DNA of 64,000 bases from Azolla caroliniana (taxonomy: Eukaryota > Plantae > Polypodiophyta), in the NCBI GenBank assembly GCA_043228905.1, contig JBHGNT010000014.1, positions 13,020,001-13,084,000 of the forward strand, in the 5' to 3' direction. Positions within the stretch are counted from its first letter, which is position 1, and each line of letters starts with the position of its first letter. The notes beneath the pieces are model-generated. The model had not been told where the DNA came from, did no database searches, and saw only the letters and a program-made list of their open reading frames with translations. Of this stretch, positions 60,201 to 64,000 are shown piece by piece. The translations under genes were made by a program, and so were the position numbers.

Positions 60201-63200
60201 ATAATGTGGGGGAAAATCTTATTGATTGTGATCACCATTAATGTATGGTAGTCGCTCACAATTTCGTATTGTATGCTAGACAAAACACAAAGGTTCACAT
60301 CATTTCTTCTCACATAGAAAGCCACCTTGTCCCAAGCTGCTCACATTACATAGTTTTTCTTAGATGAGGAGGCTCCCTTGGGCGTAATGTACATTAGAGA
60401 AAGGTGTAGCCAAGCAGTTGACAATGCCAGTGACAAGTATTTATCTACTCAACCAAGTTATTAATATACTTTTACATGCCTGCAAGTCATAATATACCAA
60501 CAAGCAAGTCTTACTATGCATAAATTTGTATTGTGACACAGTTTGCTACAATTTAATTGAAGTTATAACAAAAACGGAATGTGTTAATTGAAATTTTTGG
60601 ATATGTAGGTATGAAGGGAATAGCTTTTTATGCATTGCAAGCAATGCTACTTGCAGAAGTTCCTCATCTTCATCGAACGGCAAACAAAATAACATTGGTT
60701 TGATCATCGGGGCAACAGTTGGGGCAATTGTATTCATTATTATAATCATAGTAACAATTCTATGCATCTTGAGATGCAGAAGGAATCAAACAACAGATTT
60801 GAATGAAGTACATTTAGTACAATACGAAATTCCTAACCAAACTACATCCATGTACCAAGATCCAAATGGTATGCAGTTTTTCGCAAAGGATTTTTAGCTG
60901 ACATATAGGTTTCATATACGTAAAGTGCTTAAAATGTTTCTGCCAGTTCAACTTTTCAATGGAAACTCACATTGTTATATTTCATGTACAGTGAATCAGA
61001 AGATGAAAGAACTTATTAACAACGACGTTCTTATTAATGCCACGAATGTTGCTCAAAAATTCAGTTCTGAAGAGATGACAATCGCAACAAATAATTTCTC
61101 CCACCTCCTTGGTCAGGGTGGTTTTGGTCCGGTATATAAAGGAATTCTTGCAGATGGTTCGGAGGTGGCCGTGAAGATGTTATCAAACACATCCCAACAA
61201 GGACCACAACAATTTCTTAACGAGGTATTTGATTTCTTTCCATTTAGGTGCATTAGTTTTGTCTATGTCAAGACACAAAACATAAGAAATGATCCATATA
61301 TTTTATGGTTTTAAAATTGTAGTTTTTCTGCTAAACCCTAACTCTGCTAGGGCATATCATACATCAAGTTCTCTTCGATTTATGAAATGGTTTCCCACAT
61401 GGGTTAGAGCAACAGGCTTTGATTCAGAGTCTTTCAACTGATTCATCATGTAATTTCGATTCATAGTCGTCGAACTGTTTCATCATGAAACTCACGGGCG
61501 ATTCACAAGTTTAGAGGACCTTGCAAGAGCCCACACTCCACCTTCCCTGTTTAACCCACACTAAGAATGCATTTCTTTTTACCAGAGCACATACTCGTGA
61601 TTACAACATGTGGGTCAGCTCATTAAGATCCGTCGCTCATCATGTTCTTAGCAGTAAATGTATACAGATACATCCTAGCTCAGGGCTAAGGTTATCCTCC
61701 AATCAGTTAACTGTGCCTGTGAGGGGACTTTGGGCGATGATCTCATGCTTCAATATCGATGTAGAGAAAAGGATGAGAGTGAAGACAGACTAAGCCGAAA
61801 TACTGAGTGGCTATGAGCAACGACTTTAGAGAGGATCTTAGAAGGAACGTAATGTTGCTATAGTTAAGGATCTCAAAGAAAATGATTGCCACAGAAATTT
61901 GTGGAACATAGTACATCCAAGTGGATAATGCTATGGATCACATGGTTGAATCCACCGACTCTCCAGAAGGATCCTGGACAGTCATGATACCATGTTATAT
62001 CCAACACTGAAAACTAGACGATTTGTTGCCATCATAGTGAAGATATACAACGAATTTCAACATTTCAACAAAAAATCTATTTGACAAAGGTTTGGCAATG
62101 TAAAATTATTGGACGTTATCAAAGATGTTCTCAAGATCTATTTGCATCGCACTCGACACTAGAGATGTACGTCATGCAATGAATATTACGGTAAACATTC
62201 GTTGTATGTTTTAGATATTACATGGAAACATGAGAATGCAGAGATAGATGTTTGACTCAGAGTAGACACTGGATAAATCAAGGATATGAAATATATTTTA
62301 GTAAGAGCAATACAATCTTGACTTTTATGTACTATGGGTAGCCTCTATGATTCAGCTGTGAAGAAGGTGATACACAATTGATATGTAGAATATGATGAAC
62401 GTCGAAACTACTCCAATAGATGGACCAGAAACGTAAAAGACTGATCCATGCTTGGAGTCAAATCATCCTTCATAATCACATTTGGATAGCTCAATGGTGT
62501 ACTTGAATCGGCAATCAAGGGATCCAACTCTCTCTGTTCATGCATTTGTCTGAATCCAAATTTGTGTTTTCTTTCTGTCTTACTTATGAAGGTTTAACAT
62601 TTCCTCCACCTAGAATCATTAGTAATATATCACATAACTGTGCTAACTTATACAGAATATTTTATGTCAATTTAAAATCTCTTGAAACTATTTTATTTCT
62701 ATTTTAGGTCACTCTACTCTCTCGTGTTCACCACAAGAACCTTGTTGGATTTGTGGGTTATTCTGTTGAGAAATCACTAATGCTGGTCTATGAATTTATG
62801 CCAAATGGTTCGTTGTATGACGCCCTTTCGAGTAAGTTAACCCATCCTTTATTTACATTAATGTTATTAATTGTCACAATTGTCCTAAAAAGGCTACATA
62901 TTTTTTGGTTGATATGAAGAACATGAGCATATAACAGGTTTATATTTGTAGACAAATGATCATGGCGTTATTAGAATGTCCAAATTCATAACTTCACAGT
63001 GTATTTGAATCTGACAAAGGCCACCCTATTCTTAGTGCTATTAGAATCTCCTGGAGTGCACTAGATTCATGGCCCTATTAGAATCTCATTGAGAGCATTA
63101 GGTTCATGCAAAATCTGTTACCAATTCAAGAAGGAAACAAATAGTTTGCTTTAGCAGCAGTAATGTCTATGAGATTCAGTTTTGAGGAAAGATTTCTAAA

Positions 63201-63968
63201 ACAGAAATTTAGAGAGGAATGGAACCTAGAAATTTGCTTGACCAGAGAAATCAAGTAGAACCACCAAAAGTTTCGTTTGTATAATTAAATTGAAACTAAT
63301 ATGGTGTATACATTCATTAAGGGGTTTTATATATTTTGCTTTGTTTAATCATTAACAAAAGGAAGAAAGCCATCACGAGGACTGACATGGCTTGAGAGGT
63401 TACAAATATTGTCTGATGCTGCACAAGGTAATGCAATCCCAATAATATCTTTAATATAACGTAGTTTTCTGCGTTCTACATGTGTTGAAATAATGGTTCT
63501 CATGTAGGACTTGCATACCTACACCATGGATGTAACATTATCCATCGAGATGTGAAGAGCAGCAATATCCTATTATCTCACAATCTAGAAGGGAAAATGT
63601 CTGATTTCGGAATTTCCAAGCTGGTATCCAATGATGCTAATCCTACAACAAGGATAGTTGGTACCATGGGGTATTTAGATCCAGAGTAAGATTTTACAGC
63701 TATAATCTATCTACAACTTTTTAAGCACCACTATGCTTTCTGAAGGAAATCTTAATATTCCATCACATTACTGGTCAAAACAGTTAAGATCCTATAAACA
63801 TTTGGCTGTTTTCCCTTCTTATAACACAGGTATGCAATCACATTAACTTTGACAACAAAGGTTGATATATATAGCTTTGGGGTGGTTATCCTCGAAGCTG
63901 TATGTGGACAACAACCTGTGCTGAAAGATCCTAAAACCAAAAATAAAGACATCCTCATCGCAGAATGG
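57247..63968 (+). CDS. Malectin-like domain LRR receptor-like Ser/Thr kinase (LRR-I type); 13 exons seen, continues past the window
   Basis: Exons 57247-57367, 57484-58096, 58221-58744, 59186-59327 (GDPC), three 72-bp LRR exons 59412-59483, 59601-59672, 59761-59832, TM 60609-60868, kinase 60992-61224 (GQGGFG, VAVK), 62708-62831, 63362-63427, 63508-63685 ([20 protein letters not shown]), 63830-63968; GT-AG junctions. Confidence 0.92.
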
Positions 63969-64000
63969 GTATGATACCAAACCTTTGAAAACATTTATTG

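Noticed and set aside
57247-63968. Calling the kinase SYMRK
   Set aside because: Malectin-like, GDPC, three-LRR architecture is shared by the large LRR-I family; orthology needs a phylogeny.

Overview
Eukaryotic, transposon-dominated genomic DNA from a land plant, most likely a non-seed plant such as a fern, lycophyte or bryophyte. That assignment is inferred from Tcn1-type chromoviruses, a tRNA-Trp-primed gypsy element and a spliced malectin-LRR receptor kinase. Bases 1-53.2 kb are nested mobile DNA. A decayed copia (E) contains a decayed gypsy (C). C holds a near-intact chromovirus (A, 6035-17078, TSD GCTTC), which is itself split by an intact Tnt1-like copia (10611-15960, TSD TAAAG). C's right LTR holds an RT-deleted sister chromovirus (B) and a Trp-primed non-autonomous element (D). 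A second decayed copia (F) holds two solo LTRs and the most remarkable object in the window: a 10.7-kb Sola2-type DNA transposon (31712-42426) with 25-bp TIRs and TSD TATG. It carries an apparently intact spliced DDD transposase, two intact cargo genes (a 5-exon RING-finger gene and an FCP1/NIF-like HAD gene lacking its catalytic Asp), and kilobase intronic arrays of the palindrome TAGCTAATTAGCTA that also sits next to both TIRs. The chromovirus LTRs show a self-priming PBS with covariation, a perfect heat-shock element and an antisense tRNA-like A/B-box segment, and gag-pol has a -1 frameshift signal. The last 11 kb hold two truncated duplicates and one apparently intact (runs off the window) malectin-like LRR-RLK gene. 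All coordinates, splice models and family assignments were made by eye without database searches.
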